From the human T2T-CHM13v2.0 reference genome, Homo sapiens: a DNA stretch of 64,000 nucleotides. The notes beneath the pieces are model-generated. The model was given only the letters and a program-made list of their open reading frames with translations, did no database searches and was not told the DNA's origin. The stretch lies in assembly GCF_009914755.1 (NCBI RefSeq), contig NC_060929.1; one strand, written 5' to 3'. A program made the position numbers and the translations under genes. Every line of letters begins with the position of its first letter. Positions within the stretch are counted from its first letter, which is position 1. Below, one piece after another: positions 1 through 15,579 of the stretch.

Positions 1-335
1 GATTGTTGTCTCTCTTCTGGGTCTAGCCACCCAGTGAGTCTACCTGGCTCCGGGCTGGTACTGGGGTTTGTCTGCACGGAGTCCGGTGATGTGAACCGTC
101 TATGGATCTCTCAGCCGTGGATAACAGCACTTGTTCTGGTGGGGGTGGAGTATTTAGGGTGTCTCCCAGGTCCTGCAGGAGCAGTCCCCTTCCTTCATAG
201 GGTCTGTGGGTTCTCTCGAGATTGCTGGTTTGTTCTTGCAGTTGATCTGGAGCTAAAATTCACAATGCAAGCTTCCGCAAGCTGCTGTGTCCAGACCTGC
301 AATCTAGTCCTGCCTCCCATCTGCCATGATGATCC
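1..335 (-). mobile_element. L1 5' end fragment (L1PB-type 5'UTR)
   Basis: Reverse complement reads CATGGCAGATGGGAGGCAGGACTAGATTGCAG...GCATTGTGAATTTTAGCTCCAGATCAACTGCAAGAACAAACCAGC, recalled as an L1PB 5' terminus. Confidence 0.7.
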
Positions 336-1089
336 CCTCCCAAACTCAGTTTTTCAAAAAATGACTTTAATCAGTTGAGTCACTGACAAGTAAATGATCT
401 TAATCACCAACATCCCACACAGCAAACAGTAAGAAAGTGAAGGGAAGGTAAGAGGAATGAAGGGGAGATAAGGTAAGGTAAGATAATGTAAGGTAAAAAG
501 TAAAGTTAAAGTACAGAAAAGTGATTTTTCCTTTATTTTTTAGAGATGGTCAACAGAAAAGGGAATACTTTGCTTTACTTTGCATTTTCATGAAGGGATA
601 GTCACGTATTTTCTATTAAAAATTTATTTTTCTAAGACTTTGTTAGCTTGATATATTTCCCGTAGTTGAGAAATTAGAGCACATTCAATCAAACAAAACA
701 ATGAATAGAAAAGTAGTAAAATCACGAAATACTAAATTAGCAAAGTGATTAATGAAATGGTAGATCACCCTTTCCCCTCTAGTACAACTTTCTTAAAGAG
801 AAATCTTTTAAAAATAAATGCTAGAGACTTTTGAAATAGCCTTTAAACTGGTAAATATTTAACACAACAAAATTAATAAGCATGAGTAGGATCCTATAAT
901 ACTACAAAATGTTATTATAAACAGTAATAATTAAAGATTAAATAACAAACGCTGTGATGTGGTCAGAATTTATAATTAAAATTATAATTAACTAGACATG
1001 ATGATATTATAAGTCTTCTCAACCTCTATATATTAACCATGAAGAAAACAACGTGAATGCTATTGGATTCATTAAAAAAAAAAAGGACG

Positions 1090-1575
1090 CATTTTAAAAG
1101 CAGGTTTAGGTGCACAAAAAAATGAAGTAGGAAATATAGAGTTTTCCTATGTCCCTTTATTTACCTTGCCCTCACCCTGCAGTGTTCTCCATTAATAACA
1201 TTCTGTGTTAGGATGGTACTTTTTTTATACAATTGATAAGCCAATACTGATACATTATTATCAACTATAGTCCATAGTTTACATTATGGTTCACTGTTTG
1301 TGTGAAGTTAACAACAGTGCTAACTATGTGCATATATTCTATGGGTTTTAACAAATATGGAATGATATGTACCCACTATTCCAGTATCATATAGGACAGT
1401 TTCACCTCCCTCAACCTGGAACCTTAGCAACCACTGATCATTTCACTGTCTTCGTACTTTAGCCTCTTCCAGAAAGTCATATAATTAAAATTATACAGTA
1501 TGTAGCACTTACAGATCAGTTTATATCACTTAGCAATGTGCATTTAAGGTTTTCCCATGTCTTTTCAGGCTAGAG
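1090..1575 (-). mobile_element. Old L1M 3' fragment, interrupted by a younger L1 and resuming at ~3570-3850
   Basis: Degenerate L1M 3'UTR motifs (tacattattatcaactatagtccatagtttacatt; tcacttagcaatgtgcatttaagg); similar sequence continues after 3570. Confidence 0.6.
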
Positions 1576-1580
1576 AACTT

Positions 1581-3566
1581 TTTTTTTTTATATATACTTT
1601 AAGTTCTGGGCTACATGTGCAGAACATACAGTTTCAGTACATAAGTATACATGTGCCATGGTGGTTTGCTACATCCATCAACCCGTCATCTACATTCGGG
1701 ATTTCTCCTAATGCTATCTCTCCTCCAGGCCCCCACCCCCCAAGAGGCCATGGTGTGTGATGCCCGCCACCCCCCACAGTGTCCATGTGTTCTCATTGTT
1801 CAGCTGTCACTTATGAATGAGAACATGCAGTGTTTGGTTTTCTGTTCTTGTGTTAGTTTGCTGAGAATGAGGGTTTCCAGCTTCATCCATGTCCCTGCAA
1901 AGGACATGAACTCATCCTTTTTTATGGATGCATAGTAATCCATGGCGTATATGAGCCACATTTTCTTATCCAGTCTATCATTGATGGGTATTTGGGTTGG
2001 TTGCAAGTCTTTGCTATTGTGAATAGTGCCTCAATAAACATACTGCGCATGTGTCTTTATGGTAGAATGGTTTATAATCCTTTGGGTATATACCCTGTAA
2101 TGCGATCGCTGGGTCAAATGGTATTTCTAGTTCTAGATACTTGGGGAATTGCCACACTGTCTTCCACAATGGTTGAACTAATTTACACTACCATCAACAG
2201 TGTAAAAGTGTCCCTATTTCTCAACATCCTCTCCAGCATCTGTTGTTTCCTGACTTTTTAATGATCATCATTCTCACTGGCATGAGATGGTATCTCACTG
2301 TGGTTTTGATTTGCATTTCTCTAATGACCAGTGATGATGAGGTTTTTTCATATGTTTGTTGGCTGCATAAATGTCTTCTTTTCAGAAGTGTCTGTTCATA
2401 TACTTTGCCCACTTTTTGATGGGGTTGTTTGTTTTTTTCTTGTACATTTGTTTAAGTTCTTTGTAGATTCTGGATGTTAGCCCTGCCAGATGCCAGCCAG
2501 AGCTCTCCTGTAAGAGGTGTTTGTCATCCCCTTCTGGGAGGTGTCTCCCAGTCAGGATACGTGGGGTCAGGGACCCACTTGAAGAGGCAGCCTGTCCCTT
2601 ATTAGGGCTTGAATGCTGTGCTGGGAGAACCACTGCTCTCTTCAGATCTGTCAGGCAGGTATGTTTAAGTCTGCAGGTATGTTTAAGTCTACTGGAGCTG
2701 TGCCCACAGCCACCCTTTCCCCCAGGTGCTCTGTGCCAGAGACATGGCGGTTTTATCTATAAGTCCTTGACTGGGGTTGCTGCCTTTTGTAAAGAGATGC
2801 CCTGCCCAGAGAGGAGGAATCTAGAGGAGCAGTCTGACTGCAGAGGCCTTGCTAAGCCGCGGTGGGCTCCGTCCAGTTCAAACTTCCAGGGGGCTTTGTT
2901 TACACTGAGAGGGTAAAACCGTCTACTCAAACCTCAGCAATGGCGGTTGCCCCTCCCTCCACCAAGCTTGAGCATCCCAGGTTGACCTCAGACTGCTGTG
3001 CTAGCAGCAAGAACTTCAAGGCAGTGGATCTTAGCTTGCCGGGCTTTGTGGGGGTGGGACCTGCAGAGCCAGACCACTTGGCTCCCTGGCTTCAGCCCCT
3101 TTTCTACAGGAGTAAATGGTTCTGTCTCGCTGGCATTTCAGGTGCCACTGGGGTATGAAAAAAATAAAGTTCTGCAGCTAGCTTGGTATCTGACCAAATG
3201 GCCACCCAGTTTTGTGCTTGAAACCCAGGGCCCTGGTGGCATAGGCACCAGAGAGAATCTCCTGTTCTGCCAGTTGTGAAGACTGTGGAAAAAGTGCATT
3301 ATCTGGGCTGGAGTGCACCACTCCTCCCAGTACAGTCTCTCATGGCTTCTCTTGGCTAGGGAAGGGAAAGCCCCTGACCCCTTGGGTTTCCCAGGTGAGG
3401 CGACACCCCACCCTGGTTTGGCTCACCCTCCGTGGGCCGCACCCACTCTCCAACCATTCCCAATGAGATGAATGGGGTACCACAGTTGGAAATGCAGAGA
3501 TCACCTACCTTCTGCATCAGTCTCACTGGGAGCTGCAGACTGAAGCTGTTTGGCCATCTTGCCAGC
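1581..3566 (-). mobile_element. L1PA (approx. L1PA7-8) with 5'UTR joined directly to ORF2 3' end, 3'UTR and polyA
   Basis: PolyT at 1581; L1 3'UTR/ORF2 end 1590-2482 (ORFs [29 protein letters not shown]); L1 5'UTR 2483-3566 in the same orientation, ending ggccatcttgccagc. Confidence 0.85.
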
Positions 3567-3894
3567 AAAAACTTGTTTCTTTTAACTGCTAAACAATATT
3601 ATAATATTTAAATGTATGGATTACTAGGCTGTCTATTTATGTATTAGAAGATATCTTAATTGCTTTCTGGTTTGTGTAATTAAACATAAAGCTTCTGTAA
3701 GCATTCCTGTGCAGGTTTCTGTATGAACATAGGTTTTAAAATCATTTGGGTAAATACCAAGGAGCACAACTGCCAGATCATTTGGTACAAGTATGTTTAG
3801 TTTTATAAGAAGGTGCTAAAGTGTCTTCCAAAGTGGCAACACCATTTTGCAATTGGCTTTACTTTTTAGTGTAATTTAAAATATTTTCTTGTTA

Positions 3895-5960
3895 TGTGAT
3901 CATACCATCAGTGAACGGTGACAGTTTGACTTCGTCTTTAGCAATTTGGATGCCCATTACTTTTTTCTCTTATCTGCTTGTTCTGGCTATGATTTGCAGT
4001 ACTGTGTTGAATAGAAATTATGAAAGTGGACATCCTTGTCTTATTCCAGTTTTCAGGGTGGAATGCTTTCAACTTTTCCCTGTTCAGTATAATGTTGGCT
4101 GTGGGATTGTCATATATGGCTCTTATTTCCTTAAGGTATTTTTCTTCTATGTTGATTTTGCTGAGGGTTTTAATCATAAAGAAATGCTGGATTTTGTCCA
4201 GTGTTTTTTTCTGTACCTATTGAGATGATCATATAGTTTTTGTTTTTAATTCTGTTTATGTGGTGTGTCACGTTTATTGACTCATGTGTGTTAAACCAAC
4301 TGTGCATCCCTGGAATGAAACCCACTTAATTATGATGTATTATCTATTTGATGTGTTGTTGGATTTGGTCATCTAGTATTTTGTTGAGGATTTTTGCATC
4401 TATGTTCATCAGAGATATTGGTCTGTAAAGACTCCTAAAAAGCTCCTAGATCTGATAAATGAATTCAGTAAAGTTTCAGAATACAAAATCAATGTACACA
4501 AATCAATAGCATTGCTATGCACCAACAACATCCAAGCTGAGAATCCAATCAAGAACTCAATCACTTTTACAACAGCTGCAAAAACAAACAAAAATACTTA
4601 GAAATATACCTAACTAAGGGGGTAAAAGGCCTTAAAAATGAAAACTACAAAACACTCCTGAAAAAAAAAAATCATAGGTGACACAAACACATAGAAACAA
4701 ATCCCATGCTCATGGATGGATAGAATCAATATTGTAAAAACGATCATACTGCTGAAAGCAATCTACACATTCAATGCAATTCCAATCAAAATACCACCAG
4801 CATTCTCCACAGAACTAGAAACATCAGTCCTAAAATTCATGGAAAACAAAAAAAGAGCTCACATAGCAAAAGCAGGACTAAGAAAAAAGTTGGAGGCATC
4901 ACATTACCCAACTTCAAACTATACTATAAGCCTATAGTTATTGAAACAGCATGGTACTAGTATAAAAATAAGCACATAGACCAATGGACCAGAATAGAGA
5001 ATGCAGAAATATAGCTAAATACGTACGGCCAACTGATCTTTGACAAAGCAGACAAAAACATAAAGTGGGGGAAAGGACACTCTGTTATACAAATGGTGCT
5101 GAGATAATTGTCAAAGCACATGTAGAAGAATAAAACTGGATCTTTATCTCTCACCTTATACAAAAATCAACTCAAGTTGGATCAAAGATTTACACCTAAG
5201 ACCTGAAGCCATAAAAAAAAAAATTCTAGAAGATGACATCAGAAAAACCCTCTAGACTTTGGCTTAGGCAAAGGCAAAGACTTCATGACCAAGAACCCAA
5301 AAGCAAATACAACAAAAGCAAAGATAAATTGATGCGACTTAATTAAACCAAAAGACTTCTGCACAGCAAAAGAAACAATCAGCAGAGTAAACAGACAACC
5401 CACAGAGTGGGAGAAAATATTCATAAACTATGCATCTGACATGGGACTAACATCCAGCATCTACATGGAACTCAAACAAATCGGCAAGAAAAAAAAACAA
5501 ATAATCCCATCAAAAAGTGGGCAAAGGAAATGAATAGACTATTGTCAGAAGAAGATATACAAATGGCCAACAAACATATAAAAAGGTGCTCAATATCACT
5601 AATTATCAGGAAAATGCAAATCAGAACCACAATGGGATATAACCTTACTCCTACAAGAATGGACACAATTTAAAAATAAGAAAATAACAGATGTTGGCAT
5701 GGATATGGTGAAAAGGGAACGCTTTTACACTGCTGGTGAAAATGTAAACTTGTACAACCATTTTAAAAAATAGTAGGGAGATTCCTTAAATAACTGAAAA
5801 GTCGATCTACCATTTGATCCAGCAATTCCACTATTGGGTATCTACCCAGAGGAAAAGAAGTCATTATATGTAAAAGACACTTGCACAGGCATGTTTATAG
5901 CAGCATAATTTGCAATTGCAAACGTATGGAACAAGCCCAAATGCCCATCAACCAAAGAAA
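3895..5960. mobile_element. L1PB/L1MA ORF2 fragment with 5' inversion
   Basis: 3895-~4425 is ORF2 on minus ([13 protein letters not shown]); ~4426-5960 is ORF2 on plus ([25 protein letters not shown]). Confidence 0.85.
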
Positions 5961-5964
5961 ATGT

Positions 5965-6057
5965 TTTATATATATATATAAAATATATAACATTTATATA
6001 TAATATTTATATGTTATATATAATAAATATATAAATTTATATATAAATGTTATATAT

Positions 6058-6095
<38 letters not shown>

Positions 6096-6125
6096 ACACA
6101 TATATATATATTATATATAGAGAGA
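5965..6125. repeat. (TA)n/(CA)n compound microsatellite
   Basis: Read directly from the sequence. Confidence 0.95.
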
Positions 6126-7095
6126 GTTCCCTGTAACTTGCACAGCTTGCTTACTTTCCTGTGGTCTCTGCTTCTTATTCTTCATGTGCTCATGGTGTAT
6201 TCTGAGAAAGACATCTAACATGAAATTACATGCAACTCTATTTTTTTCTAAGAAGTCTACCCATAATTATGTCTATAATTATGGGTAACATTGGTAAATA
6301 TTTCTGGGGTGTTCAGCATAGGAATGTTTTCATGCATCCATAGGTCTTTGCCATCTCTTCAGTGCTCTGACACTCAGATTCATTGTTTCCATGACCATCT
6401 TCACTGTTACGACCTTGTAGTCATTGCACAATCCTTTGGCAATCTGGGCACAAATCTCATCCCAAGGGCATAGTTGGTTGCCTGCCAAAAATCAATTTCC
6501 TAGTCCACGTTCCTTCACAGACCCTGGTGGTGTTCAGGCATCCTCCTCTCCTCCTTGTAACCTTGTCATTGGTTCAGAGATGAGCATCCTTAAGCTCATT
6601 TAATGAAGGAGCAGATTGTTGAGAGCATCTGTGAAAGGACCTGTCTGGCTCTCAACCAGGAGTCACAAGAAATCAAATTTTGTTCAGCTGAGCATAAATT
6701 TCCCACCATAAGTAGATAGCAGAAGCACAAGACAAATAGAATCTAGCTTGAGGGAAATATGGAGGAAAATGACCAGCTAAATGTAAATCTTAACTTACTT
6801 TTGGACTTCTTTTTTTTTTTAAGAGCCATTTTTTTTCCCCTGATTTTTGAGCACACTTGAGTTTAGAAACCTAAAATATCCCAAAATGTATATCTGCCAT
6901 TAACTATTTAGTAGTGCATTGTTGAGTTTACCAAAGGCATGGATATAAAACTCTTTTGGAGTGTCAGCATTCTAAAATCAATATCCCAAAAGGCCTGTAA
7001 ACACCTGAAGATTCTTGGCTTAGCACGAATAATTGAAAGTATGGAAGAAAGTGAGAGCTGTTTAAATATTTCAAAGCCATTCCAAAGAGATGCTC

Positions 7096-7482
7096 TCTTA
7101 GTCTGCTTAGGTTGCCATAACGAAATACCATGAACTGGTGGCATAAGCAACTGAAATTGCTTTTCTCACAGTTCTGGAGACTGGAAGTTCAAAATTAAGG
7201 TGGCAACAGGACCAGGGCCTGTTGAGTGGTTTCTCTTTGGGTTGTGAATTGTTGACTGTCACTATGTCTTCACGTGGCTTTTTCTCGATGTATTTGCTCA
7301 GAAAGAGAAAACTCTGCTGTCTCTTCCTCATCTTATGAGGGCCTTAATCTCATCATAACAGCCCCATCCTCATGACCTCATCTAACTCCATTACTTTCTA
7401 AAGACTCTGTCTCCAAATATCATCACATGAATATTAAGGCTTTAATGTATGAATTTTGGAGAAACACAATTCAGGCCATAGC
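7096..7482 (-). mobile_element. MaLR LTR (MLT1-type)
   Basis: tcttagtctgcttagg...cacagttctggagactggaagttc...catgacctcatctaac...ccatagca. Confidence 0.75.
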
Positions 7483-10009
7483 AGGTGCTTTCTGTTGGTC
7501 CAGGCAATCTAAATTTACTAATGTCTTTAGTCACTCCAGTTTATCATTTGTTGTTGATTGATTACAAAAATGGCAGCAAGCTTTTATCTCTCTTTGTATC
7601 CAGTCTCTGCATTATGACTTTGCACCTTCTCCAGACAACTATAGTCTGTGTCCCCACCTTTTGATTCTGGGATAACATTTTACCAATAAATGCGGCAGAA
7701 TTGAGAATGTGTCATCCATGAGCTTAGGCTTCAAACAGCTTTCTTGTTTCTGTTGTTGCTTTTGGAGCCCTGTCAATGTCATGAGCGATGTTCGCCCCAC
7801 AAGGTTAATTACAACAGAGCAGATACCAGTAGTCTCAGTACAGACTGACTTCCACTAACCTATTGTTAACTGAGTTCTCAGATATATAAGCATAGATCAG
7901 CCAGATTTGGCTCAATCATGAGAAATAATAAATAATTATTGTTTTAATCTGCTGAGTTTTGATGTGGTTTTTACTCAACAATAGCTGATTGATGGAGTAT
8001 GTCTTATTGATTCCCCCCATATGTATACTTCTTCCAAAAGTTATTGTAGGGAGTCATTACATACTGAAATTACAGAACTACATTTATGTATTATCATGTT
8101 TACTATGGCTAATCAACCTATAAATTATAGGTAAACTTAATGCATTCTAAATTATTCTTATTAACAAGATGTATTATACTATATTATATATTAAGTTATT
8201 AGATACGTCTAATTGCATGTTGTATAGAAAGATTTTTTTCATACTTTATGTTCATCTCCACTTGACTTCTTTGTAGTTAAGTTTTTTTCTGTCTGGAAGC
8301 TTATTTTTTTGTCTTTAACTTCCTTAACATTAACATCGATAATGTAGAGGCAGTTTTGTTTGTTTTATTTTAATCCATTGTCTTTTCATCATTTTTATTT
8401 AACCATTAAAAATTATTGACTATTATTTCTTTAAGTTTTAATTCTGAGACTAGCAAAACATGGGATGTGTCAACACTACTTCTCTATGTCTTCTTACTTT
8501 ACTATGATAGTATCAATCATTATACCTTCTCAATACTTTCTAGATGGTTTTTCCAACTGGACATTCCAGTTCATTATTCACCTCCCCTTCCATGTTCTCT
8601 CTACCATCATCTTATTATTTTTTTCATGTTACCGTATTCACCGATATCAGTGAAGGATGATTTGCTCTTAATTAAGATTTTGCTGAACAAAGATGCAGTG
8701 AAGGGAGATGCAGTCAGGGACATCTTTTCCAAGCCACCTCCGAGCCTGAAGCTTATACAATTAAAAAATATATGGAGAATAAATACACATATTTTACCTT
8801 TATGAATTTATTGCACACGAATGGTCATGAGAAGACTTTGCTAACGTCGCATCCGGGTCTTTGGAAAGCACCCGTGCAAATGAGGAATATACTAGCCTAA
8901 ACTTTGGTAAGTTGATGTCTCTGAATAGAACTTGAGGCTTCTATTTTTCCTCTATGACTGACTCTAAGCATGTCATGCCTGAAAGTTTACTCACAGTTTT
9001 GTTCTGAATGCTGAGTAAGGCCCTGCGTTCATCCCACTTCTGTATCTCTAGGCAGCACGTTAGTATTCCATTCTGAACTGATGAGAAATTGAATCCATGG
9101 GGTGCTTTGCAGACAGCATGTAGCTGAAGAAAACAATAGTTTTCTTTCCTTGGTTTCCCTTTGCCAATAAGGATTATTTCCTTGCTGAAACAATGTTGCT
9201 AATGATGTTGTTCTGTGTAGCCTATGTATTTTGGAGTAGAAAAATAATGTAAGACCCCCTGGGGTGAAATTTTCCTGCACTGAGGTCAATAAATAAATAA
9301 GTAAACCTGACAAACATACATTAGTGTACAAACACTAATGCTTTACTGAAACTGAAAAGAGTCTCTCCAAAGACTTTAAAGGTGCTGATATTTAACAGAT
9401 AACAAAACTATTTGTTAAAATTTCAGAAGAGGCAGTAAGAGTGAGCTATTTTCTGATTAATTAACCCTATCTAAAATATAAAATCCAGACTGAAACAACA
9501 AATCCAGGGTTACCATATTCAAAATGAAATTTTGCTCTGGCTTAACACTCTTAACATCATATAGAATATAAAATTATCTTATCTGTTTTTACTTACAAGC
9601 ATTTGCTCGCACATATTGATATACATATCTGGGGAAATTACACCACCAAAACCTTCCACATATAGAGTAACTACTTTTATAATGAAATGATAAATCATAT
9701 AGTATTTCCATTTTAATTACAGAAAAGTTTCTGGGGATGTGTTGCCATGGCTAGAAATGCAACGTCATCTAAGGCATAAAACTATAATCATTTCACATCT
9801 TCTCTGGGTCACCATAAGATTTTCTGTATATTATTGAATCTTTGTGCAGACAACAATCTTGGTGCAAATTAAACCCCGGGGATAAGTAGAAGGGACACTA
9901 ACATCGCTCACCTGAATGATGCAAAGCACCGGTGACATTGTGGACAGTATTTAGGTAAGGATGTTTTTTTCCATCCTTGTTTTTATAAACGAAAACATTT
10001 CCATCTTTC

Positions 10010-10562
10010 CGTCTTTGTGAATTGATACATATTGATTGTACATATTTAAGGGGTTCATGTGATGTTTCGACGCATGCATACAATGCATAATGGCCAAATC
10101 GTGTTAATTAGTATATCCACTACCTCCAACATTTATTTCGTGTGTATGTGTTGGGGACATTTTAAGTCTTTTCTTCTAAATATTTTGAAATAGGCAATAA
10201 ATTATTGCTAAGTATAATCACTCTTGTGTGCTATTGAACACTAGAACTTATCGCTTCTATATAACTCTATATGTGCACCCATTAGCCAATATCTATCTTC
10301 ATCCTGCCTCCTTCCCAGCCTCTGTTAACCATCATTCTACTCTCTACCTTCCTGAGATCAGACTTTTTAGCTCCCACAAATGAGTGAGAATATGCAATAT
10401 TTGTCTTTCTATGCTTGGCTTGTTTCACTTAACATAAGGACCTATTGTTTCATTCATGTTTCTGCAAATAACATGATTTGATTCTTTTTATGGCTCTGTA
10501 GTATTCCTTTGTGTATATATACCATATTTTCTTTATCCATTTATTTGTTAATGAACACTTAT
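10010..10562 (-). mobile_element. L1MA/L1MB 3' end
   Basis: tttttagctcccacaaatgagtgagaatatgcaatatttgtctttct and neighbouring L1 3'UTR motifs. Confidence 0.8.
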
Positions 10563-12360
10563 GAGCCACAATTTTTTTAATGAGTGATTTAGATGACTTG
10601 CATCAAAACTACTTGGAGTGTTTACTTTTACAAAACCACATTGAGTCTTGATATAGACACGGTAAATCAGAATATCTGAATGTAAGATTTACAAGTTAAC
10701 TTTTAAACATTTTTTAGTATTTTATATGTGTATATACGTGTGTGTGTATGTATATATATATGTGTGTGTGTGTGTATATATATATATATGGGAAAACTAT
10801 GAACCCTAGAATATGAGTCCTTGAATATGAGTCACTAATGTATGTATGTGTGTACATATGTATATATACCGTTTCTATAATTAAATATTTGTCTTTGAGA
10901 ATTATGTAAATATAAATGTGTGCAAGCAGGTTTGGTTCACTATTTTCTTACTAAAAAGTCACAAAAATACCCATTCATTTTTATTATAAAAGGTATTAAT
11001 ATCTCAAAGAAGACTGTATGTCAGGATATCAAAGCTGACTCTTAATTTTTCTTTTATTCTTAAATTTTTGGACTTTGGGAGACAAATAAAATTTCTGTGT
11101 TCTAGAGTTTTAAAAATGAGGAACACTTCTAATTCCACCTACTCAGGTGGCTGAGGCATGAGAATTACTTGAATCCTGGAGGCAAAGGTTGCAGTGAGGC
11201 TAGATTACACCACTAAACTCCACCATAGGCAACAGAGCAATATTGTCTCAAAAAAAAAAAAATGAGGAAGGTCAGTTTAGAATCTAAATCAGACAGGTCT
11301 CTGTAGATAGGGATAGAAAGGACAGGTATATACTACCAAAGTTCCAGGATGATAATATGGTATTTTCTTGGAGGATACTAGAAACTTGATAATAGTGGAG
11401 AAATGCTAAGAACAGAGTTTTGCTCAGAAGGACTCATATTCAAGGGTTCATGATTTTCCCTTCATTTTTTCCTCTTTTGTCCTTTTGGACATTTCTAGAA
11501 AGATATACATATATAGATATGGATAGATAATTTTCCTGTTTGTCATTCTACTTTCTTTTAATAATTCTTAACTGTTCAAAATGTTTTAGATTTCTGTGTT
11601 TCCTTATTATTTAAACTCAAGTGATGGAGTGGCAGAAAAAACCAACTCTTCCATTATGTACTTCAGTACACTCTTGTACTGCAGTGTGTGCAGGCATGGG
11701 GCAATACACTTTCCAGGGGATTTATAAGACAGTATAAAATAAATAGCAACCAAACCAAATTAGCAGTGTTTGGAGGCAAAAATGGAAACATTTAGGGAAA
11801 CATACAACATAAATAGAGTGCTGTTGAATGAATGACTAGCAGGATAGTTGAGACAAAGCCCCCTTTCACATAATTCTAACAACGTTACAATGTTACTGGA
11901 GGAATTCAACCCCATGTTTAGGAAGAGGTTAATATTTGATAAATTTTCTACACATCTCTCCATCTCTCTGTGAAAATATTTTATTTTACTTGAGATGATA
12001 ATATAAACAGTTATTTTCAGGAGGTACAAAATATATTAATTGTATAATTTTTTTGGTAGTAACTTAAGGTGAAACTTGCTCAATAGGGGAAAAGTAGCTG
12101 TCATAGGAGCCTAAATAGTGGAGTAGGCTTCTGCTGCCATAAGCCACCAAGATTTATAAAGAGAAGAAATAGTCATGGCATCTGTTTGCTCAACTAACAA
12201 CATTAAATTTCTATGTGCAATATTGGTAATGATGCATCTAAACCTTATGTAGTAAATAATTTATGAATCTTTTAGGGTGTCAGAGTTTTTTGGCTTTAGT
12301 CTAGGTAGAAAGGTCATCGAGTAAGTAGACAGCCTATACGTTTAATGAATATTTGTATTT

Positions 12361-13387
<1,027 letters not shown>

Positions 13388-13473
13388 TCATGAAGCGAGT
13401 CCTGGCGGGGTGGGCCGTGTCGGGGGAGCTGGGGCGCCGCACTAACTAGGCCGCCTCTCTTTTCTTGCTCCAG

Positions 13474-13539
13474 TGACAGGCTCAGACGCATCGGGACCGG
13501 ACCCGCAGCTTGCGGTCACCATGGGCTTCACGGGGTTCG
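13474..13539 (+). pseudogene. WDR70: WDR70-derived exon 2 (VTGSDASGPDPQLAVTMGFTGF)
   Basis: Branch point cactaac at ~13440, polypyrimidine tract and CAG acceptor, TCG|GTGAGT donor; 66 nt. Confidence 0.9.
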
Positions 13540-14308
13540 GTGAGTGACTGCCCCAGGCAGAGACCCTCTTCCTTTTGCAGAGGTTTGAAGAGCCGCAGAG
13601 TGGGAGGGGAGATCGAGCTGTCAACTCGGAATTACTGTAGCTCGGGTGCATACCTTGCAGTTTGTCAATATTCTTCTCCCATTTGTCTTCTATTCTGCGT
13701 ATCCGTTGGAACCAACTCAGGTGACAGTTATGAGAGTCCTGGAGAGAGAGGAAGAGAAAGGATTTTTCTAATTTTAAGTCACCAATAATGCTAAAATGAA
13801 CATTTTTGTAAATAACAGCATTTGTACGAGGATTTTTAAAAATATGTAATTCTGTAGGGTAGATTTCTAAAAGAGAGCCTAGTTTATTCAGAAGTATAAA
13901 TACTTAAAAAGCTGAAAAATTGGGTATGTGCCTTTTAAAGCTTCTTGATACTTACTGCCGTAATACCCATCAAAAAACTTGTTTCAGGTTATACCAAAGT
14001 TAACAGAATTTAAGAATGCCATTTTTACCATATCCGTACCAACACAGAGTAGGTATTATTATTTAAAAAGAAAATTATTTTAAAAATGAAAACAAAACTT
14101 TAGTAGACTGATACATGAAAAATGATTTCTTTTTATTTTGCATTTTAAAATTATAAATGCTGTTCATCCAAACATTGGGATTCTAACTTCCTTGAACCTT
14201 TTCTCAAGGTCTTCTTGTTCTCTTTTGACCAGCGTGTATTAATTCTATGATAGTAATTAAACAGTAGACTTACACATATTGGCCTTGGGTTCTGTTCACA
14301 CATACTAG

Positions 14309-14563
<255 letters not shown>

Positions 14564-15579
14564 TGATCCGCCTGTCTCGGCCTCCGAAAGTGCTGGGATT
14601 ACAGGCGTGAGCCACCGCGCCCAGCCTTTTCTATTTTTTTATTTTTTGAGATGGAGGCTCGCTCTGTCACCCAGGCTGGAGTGTACTAGTGCGATCTTGG
14701 CTCACTGCAGCCTCCTCCTCCCAGGCTTAAGCCATCCTCCCACCTTAGTCTCCTGAGTAGCTGGGACCACAGATATGTGCCACCACACCTGGCTAATTTT
14801 TTATACTTTTGGTAGAGACGAGGTTTCACCGTGTTGCCCAGGCTGATCGATCTCCTGAGCTCAAGCAATCCGCCCACCTGAGCCTCTCAAAGTGATTACA
14901 GGCATGAGCCACCCCACCCGGTATAAATCCTTCATTTTAGTACATCATTCCTTTACTCAGGAGTGAGAAAGGTGTCCATATGTTTGTGCCAAATAGGGGA
15001 AAATTTTAAGAGTTTTGATAAAGTTACTGGGGGAGGAGGAGAATGTTTCCATGCTCAACAGTTCCTTGTTATAGGGCTGAGATTTCTGTTTCCCTCTTAG
15101 CTCCTTAAAGTACCTGCATTACTTCTCATGTTGCCCCTTTCGTCTTCAAGCCAACTATAACGCCTCAAATTCTTCTCAAACGTTGGATCTCTCTGACTTC
15201 TTCCGCCATAGCTGTTGTGCATCTTTGCCTTTAAGGGCCAGCTAGGATAGTTTCCCTATTTAAAAGTCCATAACCTTAATTACATTTGCAAAGGGTAACT
15301 TTTGGGACATTCTCCATTCTGCCTCCCACATTAGTGTTGTTGTTTCATAGGGTAGGGATCTAGAGGAGGATGGGAAAGTTGCCTGGTTAATAGTACTTAG
15401 TGAAGGGATTGTCATCAGAAGTTTTCTGTGACTCAAACTCCTTCTCTGATATTTTATGGTTATATTGGAGCCAAGCTATAAACTAGACAAAGTAAGTGTT
15501 TATTGATCAGTATTGATCGCCTAAAGTTTGGCCAGCTTACTGCAAGACAATCACAGTCTCCCATTTGTTCATCTTTTAG

